DNA of 35,976 nucleotides from Perkinsus olseni (Eukaryota): NCBI GenBank assembly GCA_013115125.1, contig JABANN010000353.1, positions 1 to 35,976 of the forward strand, read 5' to 3'. Shown piece by piece: positions 10,795 to 22,900 of this stretch (position 1 is its first letter; each line of letters starts with the position of its first letter). The notes under the pieces were generated by a model. It saw only the letters and a program-made list of their open reading frames with translations, ran no database searches and was not told where the DNA came from. The position numbers and the translations under genes were made by a program.

Positions 10795-11475
10795 TAAATA
10801 AGAGGAAACCTCACTGAAAGAAGTTTATTGAACACCGTGTTTGAGATCAGCATGCCATCATAGGGTAGCTATTGGGCTGGTCGCACTTGAACTATTCCTG
10901 TCAAGTCGGCCAGTGAGGACGATGCCGAACAGCGTGCGTTTTTCAAAGACCCATTCACATGCGATTCGGGTGATCCAAAAAAGCTGAGTTCAAAGAATTT
11001 TTCTCTTCTGAAATCAGGTTGGAAAAGCACCAGCTGAGAGAACTCAGAAGATCACATGTGCCTCTCAGAAACGTTTTCGTTTTTTCCGTGGCACGCCGGT
11101 TGAATTGAGCCGTTTGATGCGCTCTTCGCCAATACATGCATCCGCGTCATCTAGCCATGTCTCATCCGCGTACCTGGCGGGTAGTCGAAACAGACGAGTT
11201 AGAATCGAACGTGTCCAACTGTCAGCTTGGAGTCAGAGGCCGCTACCAGATCAGCTACACTCGGTACTGATGTGCTAGCAAGTTAACCAAGCACGACCAA
11301 CTCACGAAAAATACCATACCATCCCGCACCCTCCTGCCAGGCCCCACTCGCAAGTTCGCTACGCTCCGCCTCGCTAGCTCACCTCACAATGGTCCATCTG
11401 CCTTCTTCAACCCCCTGTTGCATCCAGGCCTCTATGGGCTCCTCATCCGACACGTACAAGTGTGACGGCGTCGCA

Positions 11476-12408
11476 TCAGCAGACTTCGACCCTGCACAAC
11501 TCGCCTGAAGCCTGGGACGATTCAGCATCGTAAGACACATGAACAGTGTGAGAAAATAGGTCAGCTTGCCCTGCGACCATGATTGCAGGAGCGAATCACT
11601 CACCCTCGCTTCATCCGTCGTCGTTCCGTCCTCCCAGTGCTCTTGTGTGTTGCCCCAGCCCCCTCTCCAGGAGTCCCTCCACGAGCTGTCCGTCCACTGA
11701 CTACGGCTCCGTGACCAGCTCCCGTCGTATGACCACCAGCCATCATTGCTGCTGTCCCAGTTGCTAGACCACGGCCGGCTTCTCTTTCGCCATCCCCAGT
11801 CCCCACCCCAGTCGTCCCACTGGGCTTGTTGACGCCCCTGGCATTACGATCACGTATCGACCAAGAGCAGCATACCACAGCTACCCAGTCGCCACTGAGC
11901 CAGTCTCACTTGCCTGCGATTGTGATGATGTTGATGCTTCGTGCTGGGCCGGAGGTTGGCCGTCTCGAGTGTCCCACTTGTGGAGGGCTTGCTTCCAGAT
12001 TCGCAGTCGACTGAGGCATACAGAAAATTCCTCCAGTCCCAACAGGCTATCAAGTATGACACGAATGCAATCGGAAATTCGAGAGACTCACCCTTCAAAC
12101 GCCCTCTTGGAGTCCGTCCCGTCCACTCGAGGGGTCGAGGGATGTGACGGGTCTCTCGGGTTACGATCACACCTGTGCAGCCAAGGCACGAGTCACAATC
12201 ACCCTCGGTGTACTTCTATCCACCAGGACTTCTCGGAACCCTCAGAAACCCCTGATCTCCATCGACTAGATCTTCGTTATGGAGAAGCACGAGCTGCTCA
12301 CTTTCGAACATGCCTGACGTAATTCTGGTACCCTCTGGTCATCTTAGCGATCCCTATCTGCTTCTCACGCTGGGCGAGGATCCGTTCCATGGATGCTCGT
12401 TGCGACAT
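11476..12408 (-). CDS. SLBP: Histone RNA hairpin (stem-loop) binding protein homologue with Trp-rich C-terminal extension
   Basis: Exons 12408-12302, 12172-12092 and 12010-11914 splice in phase to MSQRASMERILAQREKQIGIAKMTRGYQNYVRHVRKCDRNPRDPSHPSTPRVDGTDSKRAFEGRLRIWKQALHKWD, matching the SLBP RNA-binding domain (RxKQI..GK.T.GY..Y, HPxTP, S+R.+D..++.W+..LH.WD). Exon 4 is 11837-11604; a tentative last exon is 11511-11476 (ASGELCRVEVC*). Confidence 0.9.
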
Positions 12409-12571
12409 GAGAGTTCCTCGTCAAAAAACATCAACTACACCTTAAACCAGAGCAAGTGGTTCATCACGATAAGTTTTCCAACTTGTCGTCAAATTACGGC
12501 AACTGAGCACTCGGGAAGAATTGGAGACAAGCAAGGCGATGTGATGCAAAAAATAAATTTGGTGGCAGATC

Positions 12572-15500
12572 TCAGCTGGGAGCAAACAGAAACGAACCGT
12601 CGTCAGGAAAGAACAACATAAGCCTCAAGCATATCGCCGGCTCTCTCTTAGCATCGCCCGAACGGGGGGCTACGAGTAGGTGTTCAACCTGTAATGGAGA
12701 GCGGAACCATGCGAAGCACTTCCTAGAGGAGCTTCGACTGGGCATAGACGTAATTTCCAACATTTCTTGTTCGCCCGGAGATTCTATTGTGGCGTCCAGA
12801 CTGGATGCCCTCCAGTCAGGCAGCCCGAGAAAAAAGCAGGAAGGCAGTCACCTCAGCTAGACTGGCATTGTTCGGGGGCCACTCCGCCTCTGGTATCCCG
12901 AGGGCGGTGGCGATAATGGCGAATACATGGACCTAGCACGCATGCTATACAGAAGACGAGATCAGTTTAAGGTCAGAGGCCCAGAAAACGTCCCCACGCT
13001 ATCGAATGGGTGTTGAACCCAGGGAATCCGCTTGATCTGGGGCCCCGCAGCGATGAAAACTGGCCACATGTCACTTAGTCTGAGAGAAGCTATCTTACAC
13101 TGTGTAGCTCGGAGCAACGACGCTACCTGTTGTCATAGCCGTGGTCGCCCAAGCCATGGAACTGGTCGCCAAGGTACGTATGCCAGCCCTCGTCACACAC
13201 ACAAACCTGAGCTAGAGGATACCATGCACATGGCCAGGACAAGTACTCTCACCACAGGAGGTATTCTATCGTTCGCCTTGTAATGCCAACGCTCCGGAAT
13301 GCCTTGCCGTAGATAGCAGGTCATGTGACCAGCGCCCGCTTCTTCCAGAGACGCTCGGATCGATTCGGCCTGGCGGGCATCATGTGGCCAGATGTGAGCA
13401 ACGGGCCCAGTGGTCGTGATGTTCACTCTGAAAAGGACCGGATACAGGACGAAGATGGTTCTTTCGTGGACTGGAGGCTGGAGCCAAGATCTACCAGGCT
13501 TCTGGCGAGAACGTTCAACCCGCAAAACAACAGGGCTGAGCAGAAAGTACTGTACAAACACAGGGGTTTAAAACACTAAAACCTCAGCCCACTCCTTTTT
13601 CTCATCGATCCAAGCTGAGGAGGGAGGAGTGTACAGCAGCAATGTCCTGAACACTTCGTACCGTGCGAATCGTACGGCACTGACGGTCACTGCCTTACGG
13701 GCATCAACCCATACAACTGATCATCAGCTCTAGGGGAACCATGCCTTCCATTTACTTGACACGGATCAGATAGGAGAAGTTCCAACAGAGTTGGCGTGGG
13801 AGTACACCACGGAGAGCCTTGCTGCGGCCCAACCGAAATCCAACCGCCAAACCCGATGATAGACGCGTCCGAGGCGCCTACAGTAGTTGATGTTGGCACC
13901 GCACGTAATTTGAAATTATTCTGGTAGGTCGAATAATGGCAGGTACTAATACTTTGTAGCACCCCTATCGGGGCTCCCTCTCCGGAGAGCCAGTCAGGGA
14001 TATCACTGTCCCAGTCCCCTGCGCTGTCGACCAGAAGCTTCCACAGACCTCCACGCAGCGGCGAGTGACAGTTCAGCACATCTCTGGCAGAGGATAGTCC
14101 ATCACATACCTTGAATATTTCATTTCGCACTGCATCCACCATAGATTCCGGCAGTGGAGACTTCCCAACATCGAAAAGGTCATCAAGAAACGGTTGGACT
14201 ATACGCTCAATCCCGTCCGGAACGGGCCGTTCCTAATCTCTGAAATTAGGACTGAGATTAAATCTCAGCAAACTTCGCGTGGGAAGCGGGAAGAGGGACA
14301 GCAAGAGAAAAAACTGTGCGACGAAGGGCACCGAGACAGCTCTCATCGCTCGGCGACCTGCACTCCTTCAGCCCAGACGGTTCGTTGGAGTTCACCGTAG
14401 GAGCATCATCAGTCCAGACAGAGGATGTCGTCGGAGCCGTCGTTGGAGAGGGTGATGATCAGCCCCATTCTTTACCCCTACCTCGTTTCTTACCTCCAGA
14501 ACGGGACTTCCCACCAGCGCTCTGCTCCTGCGAGCTGCTAGCCTGAGCAGTGCACTCGCGATTCCCTCTCGGGAGTGGGTGACTCCTACCAGAACCGGTT
14601 AGGATTCCGAACTAAAAATATTCGTCATCGAATATATCAGAACACTTGGGTGCTCTAAGTGGACCCGAGAGCATGATATTATCATGATGATAAGGACTGC
14701 GAAGACATTCCTTACTTCTAGCTACAGAACCGTAAATGAGCAAGTGAGAACCTCGACCGTGACTCTTGCTCAATCTATAGCAATGACCGCCGTTCTTATC
14801 ACTGACATTTCACAAGCAGCGCTCTCCGCTGTGCTTATGGTCAACGACGCTCAAACGAGGTTCGGAATCCTTATAGAGAAGAGATTTCACACATTAGTGA
14901 TTCGAGTCGCGAACCTGGCCCAACCTTCCCTCGGACCTTGGAAGGGAAATCCTGGGGGATTTGCACGTACAGATCCCATAGCCGGGCGTGGTTTCTCTCA
15001 GTTACACCTCCGGCTCGTAGCCCATTCAGCATTATCATCCACGGAAATGACTCATTTCAAATGAGTAGTCCCACCGGTGCCCCACTGACACCATCCGAGT
15101 CTGATGATCCGACAGACGTCGACGTCCTCTCCACTTTTAGAGGCGGTGGTTTGCCCTCCCGGAGATGTGATGAGGCATAGTTCTTCCAAGAGTCGGGACC
15201 GGAGAGGGGATGAAAGCCTAATCTAGAGTTCTTAAGAGCGGAAACGCTCGAAAAGAACCCTAGGGCCCCGTAATGAAGCCCTATCGGAGCCTCCAGTACG
15301 GCACTATTTTCCATCACCCCCATGAATCACACATGATGTGTGCATTTTCACAGTCCTTCTCGCTACGATGTAACACTCACATGTTTGGATCAACACCATC
15401 GGCCAAATTGATTCCAGGATTCGTAGCCCAGGCCATGCCATGGTCGCTGGTAAGTATCACATTGACCTCACCTGCGGAAGATCGATCCGAGTCCAAACAG

Positions 15501-16747
15501 GCTCCGGAGGATGCACACTACTCTGTCTACCTTGTATCTCGCTCATTCTACTCCTCAAGACGCCAATGGCGCTGTCGACTCTCCTCACAGCGGCCAGTGT
15601 TTCCTCCGCCCCCGGACCGTACCGATGCCCAGAATGATCCGGTTCTTCGAAGTACCTGTGTCAGGTAACCTGTCGCTGATACTTACAACGACTTGCTGCT
15701 AACCGTTGGGACCCATCACCTTTTCCATGAGCGCTAACAATCACGGAGAAACCAACAGAAGCACTCATTCAGAGAATTACGTCAAACCGCTCTACGTTGG
15801 TGCCGGGAGGTGTACTGATGTAGCTAGCAGCGAGCTAGTCCCATCTTACAGAAGGCCGAGCCTGACGTCTTGGTCTTCAACCATCACATCGATCAATTTA
15901 TTGACGCGTTCATGGAAACCTAAACTCTGGTTATAGGGGTAGTTATACCTGGCAAATACGCTGTATTGAACACGGACTCCACAAGAGAGCTCCGAAACAA
16001 AAGACGTCCCCTCACGTAGGTCGCAGGCCTTGAACGACTTTGTCACAGCCCACCCAGTTGATGCAGACCGACTTGATACCGAGCCGGCTGGTCGTGCCCC
16101 ATATGGGTTCCGCCTCTTGAAAGAAACTGAACGGACCAACGCGACATTGTCGTTCATACTGATCGCCCTTCGTGCAGGTGAGAGAAGCAACAGGAAGTCC
16201 CGGCGGCAAGGCCAGACTGGCTCACTCGCTCTTGGTTGTGTTCATGAAGAACCACTCTTCCAGGTTGGGATCCCACATCTCGTTCGATACAATACCGTGG
16301 GTCTCTTGCCATGCCCCTGTGGCAAGCGTCCAGTGGTTCGGGAAGGTTACTGTCGTGAAGGCATTGATCAAGTGGTGGGCCTGAGTCGAATGAAATCCAC
16401 TGACCGTTTCGAGCACGAAGACAATGCCATACTTTACGCGTCGCCTGATATGCCGTCAATACGTCAGCCTAGCCGAGTCAGTGTCTCGAAGGCACGCACG
16501 TCGACATCGACGCGTGCTCACTATCTCAGGGAAGCACAATTGACAGGCGTCTGGATGATTCGCCGGGAGGAGAATAGTAAGTTACTATTGGTAACCACCT
16601 CGAGTCGTTATAGTCGTTAACAGCGACGGTTGTCGCTGTCGTTGCGGGTTCCTACCTGTACACCCCTCTCGTTGAAGTAGTCCAGGTTGGGCGTGGAGGT
16701 GTTACCGTAATAGTCCCAACGGAATCCGTCCATACTAACCATGATCA

Positions 16748-16781
<34 letters not shown>

Positions 16782-16853
16782 TACGTCATCATACGGTGAG
16801 CGTATCGTTGTAGCAGCCACATGAACCCAAAAGGGGGAAAATGTTATTCTCAT
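12572..16853 (-). CDS. ENPP: Ectonucleotide pyrophosphatase/phosphodiesterase (type I phosphodiesterase, alkaline phosphatase superfamily), multi-exon
   Basis: Motifs in order: VIMVSMDGFRWDY; TVTFPNHWTLATGAWQETHGIVSN (catalytic Thr); VILTSDHGM; IPERWHYKANDRIPPV; GDHGYDN; MWPVFIAAGP; VHVFAIIATALGI..PPNNASL. Stop at 12572. The exon ending DGVDPN-AT (15381) joins A-GTG AAC ATC (13427) in frame. Confidence 0.92.
13600..15300 (-). mobile_element. Degenerate, internally deleted DIRS-like retroelement remnant inside ENPP intron 13428..15380 (boundaries approximate)
   Basis: Minus ORF 13687..14142 has SPLRGGLWKLLVDSAGDWDSDIPDWLSGEGAPIGV (resembles the pre-RT region of DIRS-type pol) followed closely by ASDASIIGFGGW (RNase H motif 1). 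Upstream is a basic gag-like tail, RECTAQ..GGKKRGRGKEWG*. Family assigned from recalled motifs. Confidence 0.6.
16752..16778. repeat. (GCT)9 microsatellite encoding poly-Ser in ENPP exon 1
   Basis: Nine perfect GCT units; the minus strand reads KSSSSSSSSSKVIMVS. Confidence 0.95.
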
Positions 16854-17295
16854 CACTGAGCCGCTAATTTTTTTCCAACAGGAGCATCTTCTCGCGACTG
16901 GAAATCAAGATCAGCGTCATGTCCCTCTCAGCACAACCCAAGATTTCCGCTCCGGGCTGCTCTCATGAGCGTTTCTAACCCGCTGGCCACCGTTGCAATA
17001 CTGGAGTCCGCAAAGCACATCCGTAGACGTTACCGGAAAACAATAGGAAAATGATTACGGCATAAATCTCTAAAAACCATCGCCGAGAAACGCACGCTCA
17101 ACACAGACCGTCCTGACCTCGACAGATGATCTCTGAGCCTTCATGGCCGGTCTCCAACCTATTGAACAACGAAATCACACCATCAGGTAAACTATGAGAA
17201 ATTGTTGATACCACTCACATCCACTATTTCCTAATGCTATAGCGCAGCCAGTATTATTAAGTCCCCCACCTTCGGTAGGGTACGACCATGGCGGT

Positions 17296-19513
17296 CTACA
17301 CGTTGTGTGGTCGGGCCTTCTTAGTAGTTGTGGCATACATGTCAAAGGCGTCCATTTCTCGAGACTCATCCGCAGCGTTAACGAGCTCCACTGCAGTAGA
17401 GTCATCGACGATTGTCTGCTGCGCTAACGATAGAATAAGACCGCACACTCCCCAAAGGCAGAAGGCCAGAGTGAAGGCCGTCACACGATCGCCGACCAGC
17501 CACACCACCAAGCACACTATCGCTGGTCCGAGGCCTTTGCCTAGGTCGTCCATCAGTGTGAAGGCTGCGAAAACCGTGCCTCGAGTTTTGGCTGGATTCA
17601 CGTTCATGAGAATACCCTTGATGTTGGGCCCAGAGATGGCAGCCAGTCCGCCCAGGCTAGCCCACAACACTGGATTGGAGTAGCCTCTAAGCATGAAGAC
17701 CATGGGGACCGGCGCGAGCAAGTTGGTGATGGCGATAAACTTCGGCAAGTCTTGACGCCTGTTGTTGTAAATGCGCTGACCAATATCCCCACCAGCCATG
17801 GAGAAGACCAGACAGGAGATGCCAAAGGCTATGAGCACACCTGTCGCTTGATGCACCGTGAAGCCCAGATCGGTGGAGAGGAAGTCCGGGAGGAAGGTGC
17901 TGACCACTGACCACGCCATGCACCCCGGCAACGACTGCGTGAAAAGTATCCGATTCGTCGGAACCTCCAAAACTGCCGAAAACTTCGACATCGTTAGGTC
18001 CGCCAATCTGAATAGAGTTGAGAGATTTACGGTACTCGAGGCGGCGGCGTTCTCACCTGAATCGGGCCTGACCTGACGCATCACCTTCCCAAGGTGCCGA
18101 GGTCTCGGTACCCTGCACTCCATACCAAGCCCGTGCCGCTTCAGCCCGCCGCCTGACAAGATTCCAAGGTAATATCCACAAGCCCTTCCGACCGAACCTA
18201 CGGTGATAGTGCTCCACGATTTGTCGGAGGTCGCGTCTCAACCGGGAGATAGTGACGAGACTTCTTCTTATTCCCGACCTTCCTCAGTACGATCATCGCC
18301 AGAAGTATCTGACAGACCACGCTTCTTTAACATTGGACGAGTCTCTGCAGCCTTGTCATCACAATGGCAGTCAAGAGCGTCGGAGCGCTGATCATAATGT
18401 AGACCTTCCGCCAGCCGTAGTCAGGTCCCATCCAGCCAGAGAACGCCTGTCCGATGGCGGCGCCACCTGCAGGGAGGAGGTGGTCAACGCTACAGAGATC
18501 GCCCAACTGAGCACATCGGCAAGAGTCTAACTATGCCAGAACCGTAAGCTTTGGATTATAAACTCACACGCACCACGGTGGTGTCACCACCTGCAGCAAG
18601 GGCGATGATTTGTGAAAAGCACGCTCTTATAATTTGAAATCATAAGGAGCGTGCCTTTGTCTTAGGCAAATGCGAATAAGCCTCGTTCCTCGTAGCCTAG
18701 TAAGAGTTTCGAGTCGGGACCTTCACAGGGTATATACATGCTCGTGATATATCACAAGCTGGGACGAAACGGTCATCGTCGAAGCGGTTACTTATATGCA
18801 GAGAGAACTTACTGGATGAGGTTGTGCCGAGGATGGCACAGAGCATGTTACGCTGTGTTGGCGGGACCAACTCCGAGGCGATTGAGAAAAGTACCGGCAA
18901 TGAACCTGATGAGAACGACGACTGAAAAAGGAACAGCACCGTCCCCCTCACTCCTACCACCAACCGACACACCCGTCGTTATTCGACACAGAAGGAAGTA
19001 CAGAAAGCCGCTACTGCCACTGGGCACACACGCTGTTAACAAACTTGCCGAGCCTGAGACAGGGGACACAATAGCAGTCATCTCATACCACTCCATGACC
19101 GCATCCTACCGGCAATGGCTGTCGCAAAGGCCAGGATATGGAATCTTCTCGCTGCGTACTGGTCTGCCAGTGGTCCGGCTATAATAGAGGAGATCCCACC
19201 GATAATAAAGAAACCCATCTGTACCATACCACCTGCGAGGGAGCCAATAATAGGCCGGACTGAATGAAGCGCTGGGCTCACCAAGCTTCCAGTCTCGCTG
19301 ACTCTGGTCGTAGATCTCAAAGTCATCCCCAATCGCATGGAAGTTCGGGCTGGCCGCGTTCTGGTCCGCATTTATCAGGAACCCGCTGATGAGCAGCACA
19401 AGGATCTGCCTCCAGTTCTCGCCCAGGAGAACCGCTCGCATCGAAACTCCTTCCTTCTCGACTGCGCTATTGACAGCCTTCTCGCTCTTGCGACCCTTCT
19501 CGCCAGACTCCAT
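17296..19513 (-). CDS. Multi-exon MFS transporter, Spinster-like
   Basis: ATG 19513 (MESGEK); ILVLLISGFLINADQNAASPNFHAIGDDF..RDWKLG|GMVQMGFFIIGGISSIIAGPLADQY; C-terminal half TNRILFTQSLPGCMAWSVV..NVNPAKTRGTVFAAFTLMDDLGKGLGP. Confidence 0.85.
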
Positions 19514-19947
19514 GTACTCAGCAGACTTGTTGCCTGACCAAATCCACTGCGTACCATCGCGAACGACACCCCGTTTGCCGCGACCGTCTTCACAGCCGGG
19601 ACGGTCACAAAACACAGAAAACGAAGAGGCGGAAATTTAAGTGCAACAAATTGAAGGAAAGCAGAGATGAGGAATGAGGACCGTACCTGCAGAGCTGCTC
19701 CGATCTCCTCGATGGTGCAGTCCGTTGGCTACTGCTTGGGCCCACGGATTAGTAAATTGCCGACCTCCAGCGGCGGAATCAGCGCCGTTTCGATAACCGT
19801 CTTCTCCGTTCAACATTACAAAAATGAAAAACGACAGAAAACCACCTCCCAGCCAGAGGAAAACTCAAAGCCATCTAGAAGGCCATTTGCCAACTTTCAT
19901 CATCAACAGTAACAACCATCACGATAGGAACACAATATGAGTAGAAA

Positions 19948-22900
19948 CTATTCGCTTCGACCTTGAAGGCTGGGGTTCTCAAGATAGCGAGAGCTGGCCC
20001 GGAATTCTTGAACTGAGTCAGCCAAGGTGACGCCCTCCATGGACCTGAGCAGAGGATGGCCATCGGCGATGCAGCACACGGGGTGATGGTGGTCTCACTG
20101 GAAGCTCTTCTGCTCCGCCTCGTGAGTGTACTTCGACCCCGACCCGGCCAGCGCTACGCTGAACACTCTTCTCTTATCCTTCGAGAAAAACCTAAGCACG
20201 TTGAATTTGCCCGCAAAAACTAATATAGATCCGTTCGGCCCGGTCATCCCCATGCCCCTACCGGTCGTATAAGTCGAGCAAGTCCTCCTTCTTCAAACCA
20301 GAGAGCTCCTTGCTCTCCTCAATACAACCATTCCAGTTGTATCGGCTCTCCTGGACCTAACCACCAGCACACCGTCTCCCTGGCCGATCGCCGCATCCCC
20401 GCTATGCTCACCTCACACCACATAGTAGTGGCCTCTTCGGTCAACGTACGTGGCGGCTCCAACTTGCTGCGGGCCAGGGACACCACATGAGAAGCAAAGG
20501 TGTCTTCCGACATCCCCAACAACACCGACTGCCTGAGTAAGGGAAAGATTCACTATTGGCATAGGGACGGTTTTTGTTGTCATTTGCTCAAGAAAAAGCA
20601 CCCCTTAGAAAGAAATAGGGATTTAACTTTTCCCAATTATCTGTTGTCTTTGTGATTCAGTGCCCAACTGTGATTATGTGCATTCGACCCAGGATTCCGC
20701 AGAGTCGAGCAGCCGCCCTTCTCACCTAAACTCTTCCAAGAACGCATCTATCCTCTCCCACAGCGTAGCGGGTCCGGCCACCGCCGACTGCACGACCACA
20801 ACGTAGCCGAGGACCTGAAGCGAAGGGCAACCCAACTTACAGTACACCGATCTCGACGCCGAGCTTACTCCGCCGGTGAGTCTGACCCCACAGAAAACGC
20901 TGTAGCCCAGCTGTTGCTTCGTTCTAAGCGTGTCGAAAAGAGGTTCTTCCATCACCGACTCCAACAGGTCCAGCAAGACCCTGTCCCGAATGTTGTTGGG
21001 AGAGCACTGGTAGTAGGCCTCCAACTTAATGACCACAATCAAGATCAGCTGCAGCTGCGTATCGTCACTTACAACGCTGTTCTGTTCCGTCGGGTCCTGA
21101 GTTTCCTCGAGGTAGACCGTATGACCAAGGGGAATCTCCAAACACTGCAGGTAGGGGAAGTCCGCCGGCTGAAGGAGAGAATATCTTTCAACTACGAATC
21201 TTCCCATGATCGACCTAAGATGCTCCTCCCTATCATGTCCATGCACGAGTACCGGAGCCACACAAGGCCTAGAGCTTACTTGAAGGTGTTGAACGGAATG
21301 CGCCTTCATCTCAGCTTCAACCATGCTCTCTATCTAAGGAACAGCGGAAAGCTAAAGACAACGCTGGGCCCTCTCACGTATACCCTACCTCCTCCACAAA
21401 CTCCTTATCGAGGTTACCCAGCATCAGGCACTCAGCCTCAACACCATGCTGCTTTACAGTATTGTCCAAGTCTCCCAGTATCTGCAGTACGAGTCCTGAT
21501 AGGCCTACCTATTAGCCTTCATAGATAGTCAGTTTGCTGATACATATACTTAACGATCCATCTTAATACTGATTGATCGTGTCTCGAACGCACGGTATGA
21601 AAGTGGTCAGGAAGTGTCCCCAACAACTTTCCGATCATCATTGCTCATCACTACACGTAAAAGATCAATCTCACGTTATTATAAAATTCTACTTTATAGT
21701 TCAAAACACCCACTACAACCTAGTATTCATTTCAAGCCATTTTGACGATAATGTACGAAGTGAGCGTTATCAATAGATTCATCATTTTAATGTGATCATA
21801 ATGAGATCCTCATCACTAGATAGTTATCGCTCTCGGATCAAGTTGGCTATAAATAGAAAAACCGCGACCACCAATGGGCGGCCACTGCTCTACAGCGGAG
21901 CGATGCTAAGACCATTTAACGCCTTCCAGAGCTGCATCTCGCAATAGAGAAAATGCATGCTATACGGGAATAGGAGGGAGACATCACCTGATCAAGGTTG
22001 TCAGCTACTCCCTTCTCCTGCAGTAAGGCTCGCTTAGTGAGGCCCCTGTGCATTGCCCCCTGAGAATGAGACCACGCCTTCTTCCAGAACTTCCATGCTC
22101 TCGCCCTCTTACCCGTGACAAGAGAGTCATCCTACGAATAGCTGAGGCACAGGGTATAGGACGCATATCTTCATTAAAGAACCTACCAACAAAAATTATA
22201 GAAACGCCTCCACCGGGGATCGAACCCGGGACCTCACGAGATCCGCAACAAGCTCAAGATACCCTTGAAAGACACAAGAAACTCCTCAAAAAGCAACCAC
22301 TGCCTACCGGCGCTCCAAAGCCTCTTTGATGGCTCCAAAACGGCCAAGCAGCAAATGCTCGGACTTCTTCAAGTTAAGAATAACCTCCAATACCTACAAC
22401 GAGCACTATCACCCCAACGTCGCTGACCAGAGGTAGAGAGGCGAAATCACAGTCAACACAGGCGAGCGTTTTCGACCACATTTCAAGGCGCGCTATAAAG
22501 GATACGAACTATCAGGGAGGCCGCAAGATTCTCGCGTACTGCGCAAACGTGTGAAGGATGAGAGAAGGATGGGAAGCGAGGTTAGCGGGGATGATGGTTT
22601 CTACTATATAAACGATAGTGAAAGTCTTAATAATATAAGAGGCAAGCATGGTTGTGCGCGAATAATATTCTATCACATACCACACTTTCCCCATCTTCTG
22701 GCGCGCAACGACTACTAGGTGAGAAGAGGGGCATAGAATTATCGCACACGAAGGAACCGGGTAGACAAAGATCAAAGTCATTTATATTGGTTCTGCATCG
22801 CTCCGCTCACATTCTTCATCAGAGCCGCAAGAGAATCCTTGAAGCCATAAACACGCAGTTCAAGCCCCTGTGCAGCAAAGGTTAGCTCAGTTGCCAAGCC

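Noticed and set aside
11600-11878. Gly/Thr-rich 92-aa ORF in the track
   Set aside because: It is an alternative frame of the Trp-rich exon; composition and the strong GC donor favour the W-rich frame, though RNA data are needed.
13325-13579. Plus-strand ORF (IMWPDV..VHSEKD) resembling a tyrosine recombinase
   Set aside because: That part is the antisense of a clear ENPP exon (GPVAHIWPHD..IPERWHY).
13672-15305. 10-bp direct repeat GTACGGCACT near both ends of the intronic element
   Set aside because: A 10-mer match within ~2 kb is expected by chance; not enough to define termini.
20914-21528. Long plus-strand ORFs (also 16030..16620, 23852..24199, 34671..35129)
   Set aside because: Antisense shadows of IDE, ENPP and ATP-grasp coding exons.
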